The notes under the pieces are model-generated. The model made no database searches, was not told the origin of the DNA, and saw only the letters and a list, made by a program, of their open reading frames with translations. A stretch of 32,000 nt of DNA, from NCBI RefSeq assembly GCF_000012905.2, contig NC_007494.2, positions 120,001 to 152,000 of the forward strand, in the 5' to 3' direction. A program made the translations under genes and the position numbers. Shown piece after piece: positions 1-7,414 of this stretch (position 1 is its first letter; every line of letters begins with the position of its first letter). Source of the DNA: Cereibacter sphaeroides 2.4.1. Lineage in GTDB: Bacteria > Pseudomonadota > Alphaproteobacteria > Rhodobacterales > Rhodobacteraceae.

Positions 1-1060
1 TCTGGGCGACCGCGGCGGAGAGGCACGCCATCCGCGTGGGCTTGCCCCAGTAGAGCGGCGGCAGGGCGGCGCTGTGGCCGAGCCCGTTCGAGCGTATGTA
101 ATCCGGCCCCGAGAGCGTCCAGATCCCCCGCACATACTCCCGCCAGCCGAGGATCTGCCGGATGAAGCCCTCGACCGCGTTCAGCGGCGCGCGGCCCTCG
201 CGCCACTCGGTCTCGGCGCGGCGGCAGACCTCCATCGGCCCGAGAAGCCCGAGGTTCATCGACGAGGACAGGAGCGCATGGCTCAGGAACGGATCGTCGG
301 CGAGCATCGCATCCTGCTCGTCGCCGAAGCGCGGCAGGCTTTCGCGGATGAAGTGATCGAGCGCCCGAAGCGCCTCGGCCCGGTCGGTGGCCCAGTGGAA
401 CGGGCGGAGCCGCCCGAAATGGCGCGGAAAGCGCGCCTCGACGAGGTCGAGTACCGCGCGCACCTCGGCATCGGGCTCGAACCGCAGCGGCCGCGGACGC
501 AGCAGGTCGGGCGCCGCGGGCTTGCGGTTCTCTGTGTCGAAGTTCCACTTCCCGCCCGCGGGCTCGTCCCCCTCCATCAGGAGGCCGGTCCTGCGGCGCA
601 TCTCGCGATAGAACCACTCCATGCGCAGCTGCTTGCGTCCCTCGGTCCAGCGGGCGAACTCGTCTGCCGGGCAGAGGAACCGGTCGTCGGGCAGGAAGCG
701 GACGGGCAGGGGCATGGCCTCGAGCGCTTCGATCAGCCGCCAGTCGCCGGGCCGGGTCGCGACCGCCTCGCGGGCGCCGGTCTCTGCGGCCCGCCGCAGG
801 AGCTCGGCCCCGATCGAGGGTCCGGTGTCGGGATCGTCCAGCCGGGAATAGGCCACGCGGAAGCCGCGTTCCTGCAGGCGGCGGGCGAACTTGCGCATGG
901 CGGCCAGGATCAGGGCGATCTTCTGCGGATGGTGCGGGACATAGGTGCCCTCCTCCATCACCTCGGCCATGACCACGAGATCTGCGGCCGGATCCGCCGC
1001 CCGCAGCGCCGGAAGATCGTCGCTGAGCTGGTCGCCCAGCACGAGGATGAGCCGTGTCAC
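1..1060 (-). CDS. cryB: FeS-cluster cryptochrome/photolyase family protein (CryB/PhrB type); N-terminal ~353 codons, 3' end lies beyond the left window edge
   Basis: Absent from the ORF track because it runs off the window. The reverse frame is open from 1060 to 1. GTG at 1060-1058 is preceded by GGAGGG. Translation (M)TRLILVLGDQLSDDLPALR...YVPHHPQKIALILAAMRKFARRLQERGFRV...LNAVEGFIRQILGWREYVRGIW matches, from memory, R. sphaeroides CryB and Agrobacterium PhrB. Confidence 0.88.
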   Translation of the reverse strand, partial: MTRLILVLGDQLSDDLPALRAADPAADLVVMAEVMEEGTYVPHHPQKIALILAAMRKFARRLQERGFRVAYSRLDDPDTGPSIGAELLRRAAETGAREAVATRPGDWRLIEALEAMPLPVRFLPDDRFLCPADEFARWTEGRKQLRMEWFYREMRRRTGLLMEGDEPAGGKWNFDTENRKPAAPDLLRPRPLRFEPDAEVRAVLDLVEARFPRHFGRLRPFHWATDRAEALRALDHFIRESLPRFGDEQDAMLADDPFLSHALLSSSMNLGLLGPMEVCRRAETEWREGRAPLNAVEGFIRQILGWREYVRGIWTLSGPDYIRSNGLGHSAALPPLYWGKPTRMACLSAAVAQ

Positions 1061-1109
1061 GTCCTGTCCGCCCTCCGAGGGCGGATGCGCGCGCCCCAGG
1101 CCGGAAAGG

Positions 1110-1136
1110 CTAGGGGCCGCGGGGGACGGGTCAAGG
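1110..1136 (-). promoter_or_regulatory. candidate RpoH-type promoter upstream of cryB (motif only)
   Basis: The reverse strand reads CCTTGA (1136-1131), a 16-nt spacer, then CCTAG (1114-1110), about 45 nt upstream of the cryB GTG. I recall cryB being described as RpoHII-dependent but cannot verify that here. Confidence 0.3.
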
Positions 1137-1166
1137 CCGCCTGTCGTCAGGGACGGGCGCGGGGCC

Positions 1167-1451
1167 TCAGGGTCGGCTCCAGTCGAGCCCGGTGAAGCCC
1201 TCGCGGAAGGCGAAGGTCACGAGGTGGGAATCGATCACGAAGCGCGCCTGGATCAGGCCCTTGGCATCCTCGGCCTCGACCTGCACCGTCAGCCCGTCCG
1301 CGTCCGCCCGAAGGACCGCCGGGCCGGGGGGCAGGGCGCAGTGGCCCTCGGTTTCGTCGAAGCGGACCTCCACCTTGTGGGCGAAATGCTTGCAGAGCTG
1401 CTGGAGATATTTCGAGGCGTTGGGCGTCTCAAGGCGGGCAGTCGAGATCAT
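1167..1451 (-). CDS. DUF2218 domain protein (94 aa)
   Basis: ORF track 1167..1550 trimmed to the internal ATG at 1451 (AGGAA 7 nt upstream). MISTARLETPNASKYLQQLCKHFAHKVEV... fits the DUF2218 pattern (xYLxQLCKHFxHK). GC3 is high. Confidence 0.8.
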   Translation of the reverse strand: MISTARLETPNASKYLQQLCKHFAHKVEVRFDETEGHCALPPGPAVLRADADGLTVQVEAEDAKGLIQARFVIDSHLVTFAFREGFTGLDWSRP

Positions 1452-1579
1452 GCAGTATTCCTGAGTTTTTCTATCTGGTACGGGCTGGACCGGCCGGACG
1501 CAAGCGCCTATGCCTTCCGGCAGAGCGTGAAGCCATGTGCCGAGCCACACGCCGGACCCCGAAACAGGAGATCGACCCA

Positions 1580-2473
1580 GTGATCCGCTTCGCCTCCGGC
1601 CTGCTTGCGGGCCTCTTCCTTGCCCTGCCCGCCGTGGCCGAAACCACCATCGACACCGCCCGCGGGCCGGTCTCTGTCGCAGCCGTTCCCGAGACCGTGG
1701 CCGTCTACGACGTGGCCGCGCTCGACACGCTGGTGGCCCTGGGCATCACGCCCGCCGGCACGCCCGAGCGCGTGCTCGTGCCCTATCTTCAGGAGACGGC
1801 GAAGGAGGCGGCGCCGGTCGGCACGCTCTTCGAGCCCGATCTCGAGGCGCTGTCGATGCTCGCGCCGGATCTGGTGATCGCGGGCGGACGGTCGGCCCCG
1901 CAGATCGCGCAGATCGAGCGGGTGGCGCCCACGCTCGACATGACCATCGGGCCGGATCTGCTGACCGACGCCCGCGCGCGCCTTCAGGCCTATGGCAGGC
2001 TCTTCGGGCGCGAAGCGAGGGCGGCGGAGCTCGATGCGGCGCTCGAGGCGCGGCTGTCGGAGGTGCGGGCCGCGGCGGAGGGGAAGGGGACGGCGCTGGT
2101 CTTGCTGACCAACGGGCCGAAGCTGTCGGCCTACGGGCGCGGCTCTCGCTTCGGCTGGATCCACGAGGCGACGGGCCTGCCGGAGGCCGTGGCGGGCCTT
2201 GCCGCCGCGACGCACGGCGATGCGGTCTCGTTCGAATTCATCGCCGAGGCCGATCCGGACTGGCTTCTGGTGGTGGACCGTGGCGCGGCCATCGGCGCCG
2301 AGGGCGCGTCCGCGCAGGCCGTGCTCGACAATCCGCTGGTGGCGGGCACGAAGGCCTGGAAGAAGGGTCAGGTGATCTATCTCGATCCGGCCGAGGTCTA
2401 TGTCGCGGGCGGTGGCTACCGGGCCATGACCGCGGTGCTCGATCAGCTCATCGCGGCGCTTGGGAAGGGCTGA
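1580..2473 (+). CDS. periplasmic siderophore/iron-chelate ABC substrate-binding protein (YclQ/FatB/CeuE-like), orphan
   Basis: ORF track 1535..2473 trimmed to GTG 1580 (AGGAG 9 nt upstream). Signal peptide VIRFASGLLAGLFLALPAVA. The body resembles cluster-A siderophore binding proteins. No importer permease or ATPase gene is adjacent. Confidence 0.82.
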   Translation: MIRFASGLLAGLFLALPAVAETTIDTARGPVSVAAVPETVAVYDVAALDTLVALGITPAGTPERVLVPYLQETAKEAAPVGTLFEPDLEALSMLAPDLVIAGGRSAPQIAQIERVAPTLDMTIGPDLLTDARARLQAYGRLFGREARAAELDAALEARLSEVRAAAEGKGTALVLLTNGPKLSAYGRGSRFGWIHEATGLPEAVAGLAAATHGDAVSFEFIAEADPDWLLVVDRGAAIGAEGASAQAVLDNPLVAGTKAWKKGQVIYLDPAEVYVAGGGYRAMTAVLDQLIAALGKG

Positions 2474-2496
2474 GCGCCGGGCGCCCGGAAGAGCAT

Positions 2497-2527
2497 CCGG
2501 CGCGCCCCTTAAGGCGCGCCGGTTTCT
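2497..2527 (+). terminator. intrinsic terminator-like hairpin between convergent genes
   Basis: Stem CCGGCGCGCC (2497-2506), loop CCTTAA, stem GGCGCGCCGG (2513-2522), followed by TTTCTG. It sits between the stops at 2473 (+) and 2529 (-). Confidence 0.6.
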
Positions 2528-2528
2528 G

Positions 2529-4184
2529 TCAGCGCGGTTCGGCCGCAAGACCCCGGATCAGGGCGTAGCAGGCGCCGAGCAGCACGATGGTGAAGGGGAA
2601 GCCGGTTGAGACCGCCATCGCCTGCAGCGCGGCCAGCCCCCCGCCGAGCAGGAGCGCGATGGCCACCAGCCCCTCGAAGGTGGCCCAGAACACCCGCTGC
2701 GGCACCGGCGCATTGACCTTGCCGCCCGCCGCGATCGTGTCGATCACCAGCGAGCCCGAGTCCGACGAGGTGACGAAGAAGACGATCACCAGCACGATCC
2801 CGATCATCGAGGTGATCTGCGTGAGCGGCAGGTGCGAGAGCATCTCGAAGAGCTGGATCTCGAGGGCTGCATCCTGCACCGAGCTCAGCCCCTCGTTCAC
2901 CACCTGACTGATGGCGGTGCCGCCCAGGGCGGTCATCCAGATCGTCGAGACGATGGACGGGATGAGCAGCACCGCGATCAGGAACTCGCGCACCGAGCGG
3001 CCGCGGCTCACACGGGCGATGAACATGCCCACGAACGGCGACCAGCTGATCCACCAGGCCCAGTAGAAGGCGGTCCAGCCGTGGCGGAAGTTGTCGTCGG
3101 TGCGCCCGAACGGGTTCGACAGCGCCGGCAGATATTCCACATAAGCCAGAAGGTTCAGGAAGAAGCCGCGCACGATCTGCAGCGTGGGCCCGACGAGGAT
3201 CACGAACATCAGCAGCAGGAAGGCCAGCGCCATGTTCGCCTCGGACAGGCGTTTCACGCCCTTGTCCATGCCCGCGATGACAGAAGCCGTCGCGATGCCG
3301 GTGATGACGATCACGAGAAAGACGGTCACCCCGACGGTCGAGGGCAGGCCGAACAGGAAGTCGAGCCCGGCCCCCGCCTGCTGCGCGCCGATCCCGAGCG
3401 AGGTCGAGAGGCCGAAGATCGTGGCGAAGACGGCGAGGATGTCGATGACATGGCCCGGCCAGCCCCAGACGCGCTCGCCGAAGATCGGATAGAAGACCGA
3501 GCGCAGCGTCAGCGGCAGGCCCTTGTTGTAGGCAAAGAGCGCGAGCGAGAGGGCGACGACCGCGTAGATCGCCCACGGGTGCAGCGCCCAGTGGAAGATC
3601 GTGGCCGCCATGGCGAGACGCCGGGCGGCCTCGGTATCGCCGGGCGCCCCGTTGAGCGGCGACCAGTCGGTGCGCACGCCGTTCTCGAACACCGGGCCGG
3701 TGAAGGCGGCGGTGTAGTTGCCCAGCGGCTCGGACACGCCGTAGAACATGAGGCCGATGCCCATGCCGGCCGCGAACAGCATCGAGAACCACGAGAGGCG
3801 GCTGTAGTCGGGCGTGGCGTCGGGTCCGCCCAGCCGGATCCGGCCCAGCGGCAGGAAGATCAGCACGACGCAGAGCAGGACGAAGACATTGCCCGCCAGC
3901 AGGAAGAACCAGGCGAGGTTCGAGGTCAGCGCGTCGCGGACGGCGGCGAAGACCGGACCGAGCGTGGTCTGGAACATCAGCGTGAGGAAGGTGAAGGCCA
4001 CGATGGTCAGGGCCGACACGCTGAAGACGACGTTGTGGATGTCGAGTTCGAAGACGAAGCGTCGTCGGTAGCTGATGTTGTCCTGACCGATCTCGTAGTC
4101 GGTGTCGATGATCTGGGTGGGGCCTTCGGGGGCGGGTATCGCCTCCTCGGGCAGCGGCTCGGTTCTTATCGTGGCATCGGCCAT
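2529..4184 (-). CDS. BCCT family (betaine/carnitine/choline) transporter, 551 aa
   Basis: ORF track 2529..4232 trimmed to ATG 4184 (GGAGGGA 6-7 nt upstream). Carries the BCCT signature GWTAFYWAWWISWSPFVGMFIARVSRGRSVREF and is multi-TM throughout. Confidence 0.9.
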   Translation of the reverse strand: MADATIRTEPLPEEAIPAPEGPTQIIDTDYEIGQDNISYRRRFVFELDIHNVVFSVSALTIVAFTFLTLMFQTTLGPVFAAVRDALTSNLAWFFLLAGNVFVLLCVVLIFLPLGRIRLGGPDATPDYSRLSWFSMLFAAGMGIGLMFYGVSEPLGNYTAAFTGPVFENGVRTDWSPLNGAPGDTEAARRLAMAATIFHWALHPWAIYAVVALSLALFAYNKGLPLTLRSVFYPIFGERVWGWPGHVIDILAVFATIFGLSTSLGIGAQQAGAGLDFLFGLPSTVGVTVFLVIVITGIATASVIAGMDKGVKRLSEANMALAFLLLMFVILVGPTLQIVRGFFLNLLAYVEYLPALSNPFGRTDDNFRHGWTAFYWAWWISWSPFVGMFIARVSRGRSVREFLIAVLLIPSIVSTIWMTALGGTAISQVVNEGLSSVQDAALEIQLFEMLSHLPLTQITSMIGIVLVIVFFVTSSDSGSLVIDTIAAGGKVNAPVPQRVFWATFEGLVAIALLLGGGLAALQAMAVSTGFPFTIVLLGACYALIRGLAAEPR

Positions 4185-4189
4185 CGGTC

Positions 4190-4254
4190 GGTCCCTCCGG
4201 TCATGTCGGTCGTGCGAAGGGACGGAGGCCAAAGCCCGCTGAGGTCCCTCCGGT
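4190..4254 (-). promoter_or_regulatory. 5' leader with duplicated SD-containing 12-mer and an intervening anti-SD element
   Basis: GGTCCCTCCGGT occurs at 4190-4201 and again at 4243-4254; on the mRNA this reads ACCGGAGGGACC, and the proximal copy is the real SD. Between the copies the mRNA carries CCUCCGUCCCUUC (4228-4216), which is complementary to either copy. Confidence 0.35.
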
Positions 4255-4693
4255 GGCGCGCAATTCTCCCGGGCACGCGGAATGTCGTCGCGAGAGCTCT
4301 GGGAACCTCAGCCGCAGCTTCGCGGTTCCCGCGCAGGGCAAATTGCAGGGCGCGGCACGCAGGGAGCGCGCCGCAAGGCGGCTCTTCTGGCGGAACCGGG
4401 GGGGAATGTCTACCGGCTGACCGGAATTTTCTGGCGTAGCTGGCCTTTCCTTCCGGAATAGTGGCTTTGCGGAGACGATTTGCCTGCCTTTGCGGCCTTT
4501 GCCGCAGGCGGATGGAATTCTCTCCCGCGCGCCGTCAGCCCTTCGCACCACGCAGGATGTCGGAAGCCGGGCGACCCTGGCGGATCGGGTCCACGAGAGC
4601 GGCGAGCCGCGGGGCGGCGTGATCCAGAAACATCCGGTAGCCCGCGCAGATCCTGCGCCGCCCGGGTCGTGCGGGACCTCGGGCGGCGGCGGC

Positions 4694-6397
4694 TCAGGCG
4701 GCCGAGAGCCGCGCGTAGCGCCCGCCGCTCGTGGCGAGTTCGGCATGGGTGCCGACCTCGACGATCCGGCCCGCCTCCATCACCACGATCCGGTCGGCGT
4801 GGCGGATGGTGGCCAGGCGGTGGGCGATGATGAGGGTGGTGCGCCCCACCGCTAGCGCGTCGAGCGCCGCCTGAATCTCGCGCTCGGTCTCGGTGTCGAG
4901 CGCCGAGGTCGCCTCGTCGAGGATCAGGATCGGCGGGTTCTTCAGGAAGGCCCGTGCAATGGCCACGCGCTGCTTCTGCCCGCCCGAGAGCATCACGCCG
5001 CGCTCGCCCACCACCGTGTCGAGCCCCTCCGGCAGGGCGGCGATCATCGGCCCGAGCTGCGCCTGATCGGCCGCGCGGCGGATCTCGGCCTCGGTCGCCT
5101 CGAGCCGCCCGTAGGCGATGTTCTCGCGCAGCGTGCCGCCGAACAGGAACACATCCTGGCTCACGATGCCGATCCGACGGCGCAGGCTCTCGAGCGTCAT
5201 GTCGGTGAGGTCCATGCCGTCGATGGTGATGCGGCCGCATTCGGGGTCGTAGAAGCGCGGCACGAGCGCCAGAAGCGTGGTCTTGCCCGCCCCCGAGGGG
5301 CCGACGAAGGCCAGGGTCTCGCCGGGCCGCACCGAGAGGTCGATCCCGCTCAACACCGGGCGGCCCTGGTCATAGCCGAAGCCCACCCCCTCGAAGCGGA
5401 TCTCGCCGGTCAGGGCGGGTGCGGGCCGGGCGCCGGGGGCATCGGCGATCTCCGGCTCGGTGTCCAGCAGCTCGCGGTAGCGGCGGAAGCCCGCGATGCC
5501 GCGCGGGTAGGTCTCGATCACGGCGGCGATCTTCTCGAGCGGGCGGAAGAACACGCTGACGAGCAACAGGAAGCCCACGAAGCCCCCGGTCGTCAGCTCG
5601 CCCGAGAGCACGAAGGCCGCGCCCGCGACCATGACGATCACCTGCACCGAGCGCATTCCCATGTAGTTCAGCGCCTGCGAGGCGGCCATCACCCGGTAGG
5701 CCGCGAGCTTGGTGTCGCGGTAGCGGGCATTGTCGCGGGCGAAGAGCGCCTTCTCGTGGCTCTCGTTGGCGAAGGCCTGCACCACGCGGATGCCGCCCAC
5801 ATTCTCCTCGAGCCGCACGTTGAAGTCGGCCACCCGCGCATAGATCGCGCGCCAGGTCGCGGTCATGCGGCCGCCGTAGATCGAGACGAGCGCCACCGTG
5901 GCCGGAACCACCAGCGCGGTCAGAAGCGCGAGCTTCACATTGATCGCGAGCATCAGGAGGAAGGCGCCGATGAAGGTCATGATCGCGATGAAGAGATCCT
6001 CGGGCCCGTGGTGGGCCACCTCGCCGATCTCCTCGAGATCGCGCGTCACCCGCGCCACGAGCTTGCCGGTCCGCACCCGGTCGAAGTAGCGGAACGAGAG
6101 CTTCTGGAGATGCTCGAAGGCGCGCCGGCGCATCTCGGTCTCGATGTTGATCCCGAGCATGTGGCCCCAGTAGGTCACGATCGCCATGAGCCCGGTGTTC
6201 ACGAGATAGATCGCAAGAAGCCCCGCTGCAGCAAGGATGGTCAGGCTCCAGTCGCCCTGCGGCAGCAGACGGTCGATGAAGCCCTGCACCGCAAGCGGGA
6301 AGGCAAGTTCCAGCAGCCCCGAGGCTATGGCGCAGCCGAAGTCGAGCCAGAAGAGGCCGAGCCACGGCCGGTAATAGGTGAAGAAGTCACGGAGCAT
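4694..6397 (-). CDS. ABC exporter, fused transmembrane + ATPase (MsbA/ABCB-like half transporter), 567 aa
   Basis: ORF track 4694..7387 trimmed to ATG 6397 (MLRDFFTYYRPWLGLFWLDF...). Walker A GPSGAGKTT, signature LSGGQKQR, Walker B ILILDEATSALD, preceded by six TM helices. Confidence 0.9.
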   Translation of the reverse strand: MLRDFFTYYRPWLGLFWLDFGCAIASGLLELAFPLAVQGFIDRLLPQGDWSLTILAAAGLLAIYLVNTGLMAIVTYWGHMLGINIETEMRRRAFEHLQKLSFRYFDRVRTGKLVARVTRDLEEIGEVAHHGPEDLFIAIMTFIGAFLLMLAINVKLALLTALVVPATVALVSIYGGRMTATWRAIYARVADFNVRLEENVGGIRVVQAFANESHEKALFARDNARYRDTKLAAYRVMAASQALNYMGMRSVQVIVMVAGAAFVLSGELTTGGFVGFLLLVSVFFRPLEKIAAVIETYPRGIAGFRRYRELLDTEPEIADAPGARPAPALTGEIRFEGVGFGYDQGRPVLSGIDLSVRPGETLAFVGPSGAGKTTLLALVPRFYDPECGRITIDGMDLTDMTLESLRRRIGIVSQDVFLFGGTLRENIAYGRLEATEAEIRRAADQAQLGPMIAALPEGLDTVVGERGVMLSGGQKQRVAIARAFLKNPPILILDEATSALDTETEREIQAALDALAVGRTTLIIAHRLATIRHADRIVVMEAGRIVEVGTHAELATSGGRYARLSAA

Positions 6398-6701
6398 CTC
6401 GGAGCCTTCGTGCGGAATGGACGGGGGCGGCTGGCTGGGCCGGGAGGGCGCGGCCCGGACAGGACCGCGCGCCGGGCGACGGGCTTGCGCGTCCCAGCCA
6501 TGCGCCAAACCGTCGCGGATTACCAGAACCTGCGCACCGCGTGGGCCTCCTGAGGGATTGACCGCGGCGCGGCTGCCGGATCTTGAACCGGGACGTCCCC
6601 GCAAAGAGTGTGCCGCTCGAACAGGCGGCCGGCCGGGCACGCCGGATCGGAGCGGCCGGGCGAAAGGTTGGAGCGGGAAGGCCGGAACGGCGGGCGGGAA
6701 G

Positions 6702-6754
6702 TCTGATCGGGAGGCGGGAGCCGGAAGACCGGACGTGACCTCTGATCGGGAGGC
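6702..6754. repeat. 14-nt direct repeat TCTGATCGGGAGGC x2 (39-nt period) in a purine-rich 570-nt intergenic region
   Basis: Exact copies at 6702-6715 and 6741-6754. The surrounding DNA is rich in GGA / GGGAGG / CCGGAA motifs. A GCGGGA/TCCCGC hairpin lies at 6771-6788. Confidence 0.7.
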
Positions 6755-6877
6755 CGGATCGCAGAGGCCCGCGGGAGGCTCTTCCCGCAGGCCCGGAGGG
6801 AACCGCCGCTTTGCGAAGCAGTTGCATGATCTCGCGCCCCCGGTCCGTCGTTTGGGCGGCCGAAGCGGGCGCGGCGC

Positions 6878-6907
6878 TTGGCAGGGCGCCGGAAATCTTC
6901 TTAATCT
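6878..6907 (+). promoter_or_regulatory. candidate sigma-70-type promoter for the DUF2934 gene (motif only)
   Basis: TTGGCA (6878-6883), an 18-nt spacer, then TAATCT (6902-6907). Followed by the hairpin CTGCCTCG (6906-6913) / CGAGGCAG (6923-6930) and the SD GGAGGGAAG just before ATG 6967. Confidence 0.3.
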
Positions 6908-6966
6908 GCCTCGAGCCAGCCCCGAGGCAGGAGCCTCGAACGATCCATGACCGGAGGGAAGAGACG

Positions 6967-7314
6967 ATGAGCGACGACCGCGAAGCCCGCATCCGCCAAC
7001 GGGCCTACGAGCTTTGGGAAGCGGAGGGCCAGCCGGCCGGACGCGATCAGGATTACTGGCTGCGCGCCGAGGCCGAGATCGCGGACGACAAGCCGGCGCC
7101 TGCCGCGAAGGCGCCGCGGGCGCGCAAGGCGAAGGCCGAACCGGCCGCCGGTGACGAGGCGACCCCGAAGGCGCCGCGCGCCCGCCGGACGAAGGCCGAG
7201 GCCGCGGGAGGCGAGGCCGGGGAGGGCACGTCGGGGGAAGACAAGGCCGCCAAGGGCGAGAAGAAGCCCGCCGCGCCGAAGCCGCGCCGGAAGGCCTCCG
7301 AAAAGACGAGCTGA
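6967..7314 (+). CDS. DUF2934 domain protein with Lys/Ala/Pro-rich repeat tail (115 aa)
   Basis: ORF track 6811..7314 trimmed to ATG 6967 (GGAGGGAAG upstream). MSDDREARIRQRAYELWEAEGQPAGRDQDYWLRAEAEI fits the DUF2934 pattern. Confidence 0.8.
   Translation: MSDDREARIRQRAYELWEAEGQPAGRDQDYWLRAEAEIADDKPAPAAKAPRARKAKAEPAAGDEATPKAPRARRTKAEAAGGEAGEGTSGEDKAAKGEKKPAAPKPRRKASEKTS
7108..7227 (+). repeat. in-frame 60-nt tandem repeat (2 units) encoding KAPRAR(K/R)xKAExAxG(D/E)A...
   Basis: Residues K48-P67 (KAPRARKAKAEPAAGDEATP) and K68-G87 (KAPRARRTKAEAAGGEAGEG) of the DUF2934 protein. Confidence 0.7.
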
Positions 7315-7315
7315 G

Positions 7316-7348
7316 CGCCCGGCCGCACCGGCCGGGCGTGCGGCGTTT
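7316..7348 (+). terminator. intrinsic terminator-like hairpin after the DUF2934 gene
   Basis: Stem CGCCCGGCCG (7316-7325), loop CAC, stem CGGCCGGGCG (7329-7338), then TGCGGCGTTTG. It lies between the convergent stops at 7314 and 7415. Confidence 0.5.
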
Positions 7349-7414
7349 GCCCGGCCCGAAGCGCATCGCCTGGAGCGGACCGCCCACCGGGGCGGCCCCC
7401 CGGACCGGGTGGCC

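Noticed and set aside
74-1195. 373-aa plus-strand ORF
   Set aside because: It is antisense to the well-supported cryB frame. The translation is an Arg/Ala/Pro/Gly-rich shadow with no motifs, typical of stop-poor antisense frames in GC-rich DNA.
4432-4445. possible sigma-54 promoter TGGCGTAGCTGGCC in the BCCT upstream region
   Set aside because: The GG and GC elements are spaced 2 nt too close compared with the TGGCAC-N5-TTGC consensus.
4535-4693. 53 codons stay open in frame after the ABC exporter TGA stop, including a 32-codon ATG ORF (4535-4633)
   Set aside because: I considered stop-codon readthrough or a gene remnant. There is no SECIS-like or recoding signal that I can see, the peptide has no motifs, and open frames of this length are expected by chance at this GC content.
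6398-7387. 330-codon N-terminal extension of the ABC exporter ORF (track 4694..7387)
   Set aside because: The extension is Arg/Pro/Ala/Ser-rich with no TM helices or SD. It crosses a 570-nt intergenic region and the opposite-strand DUF2934 gene. The transporter fold begins at ATG 6397.
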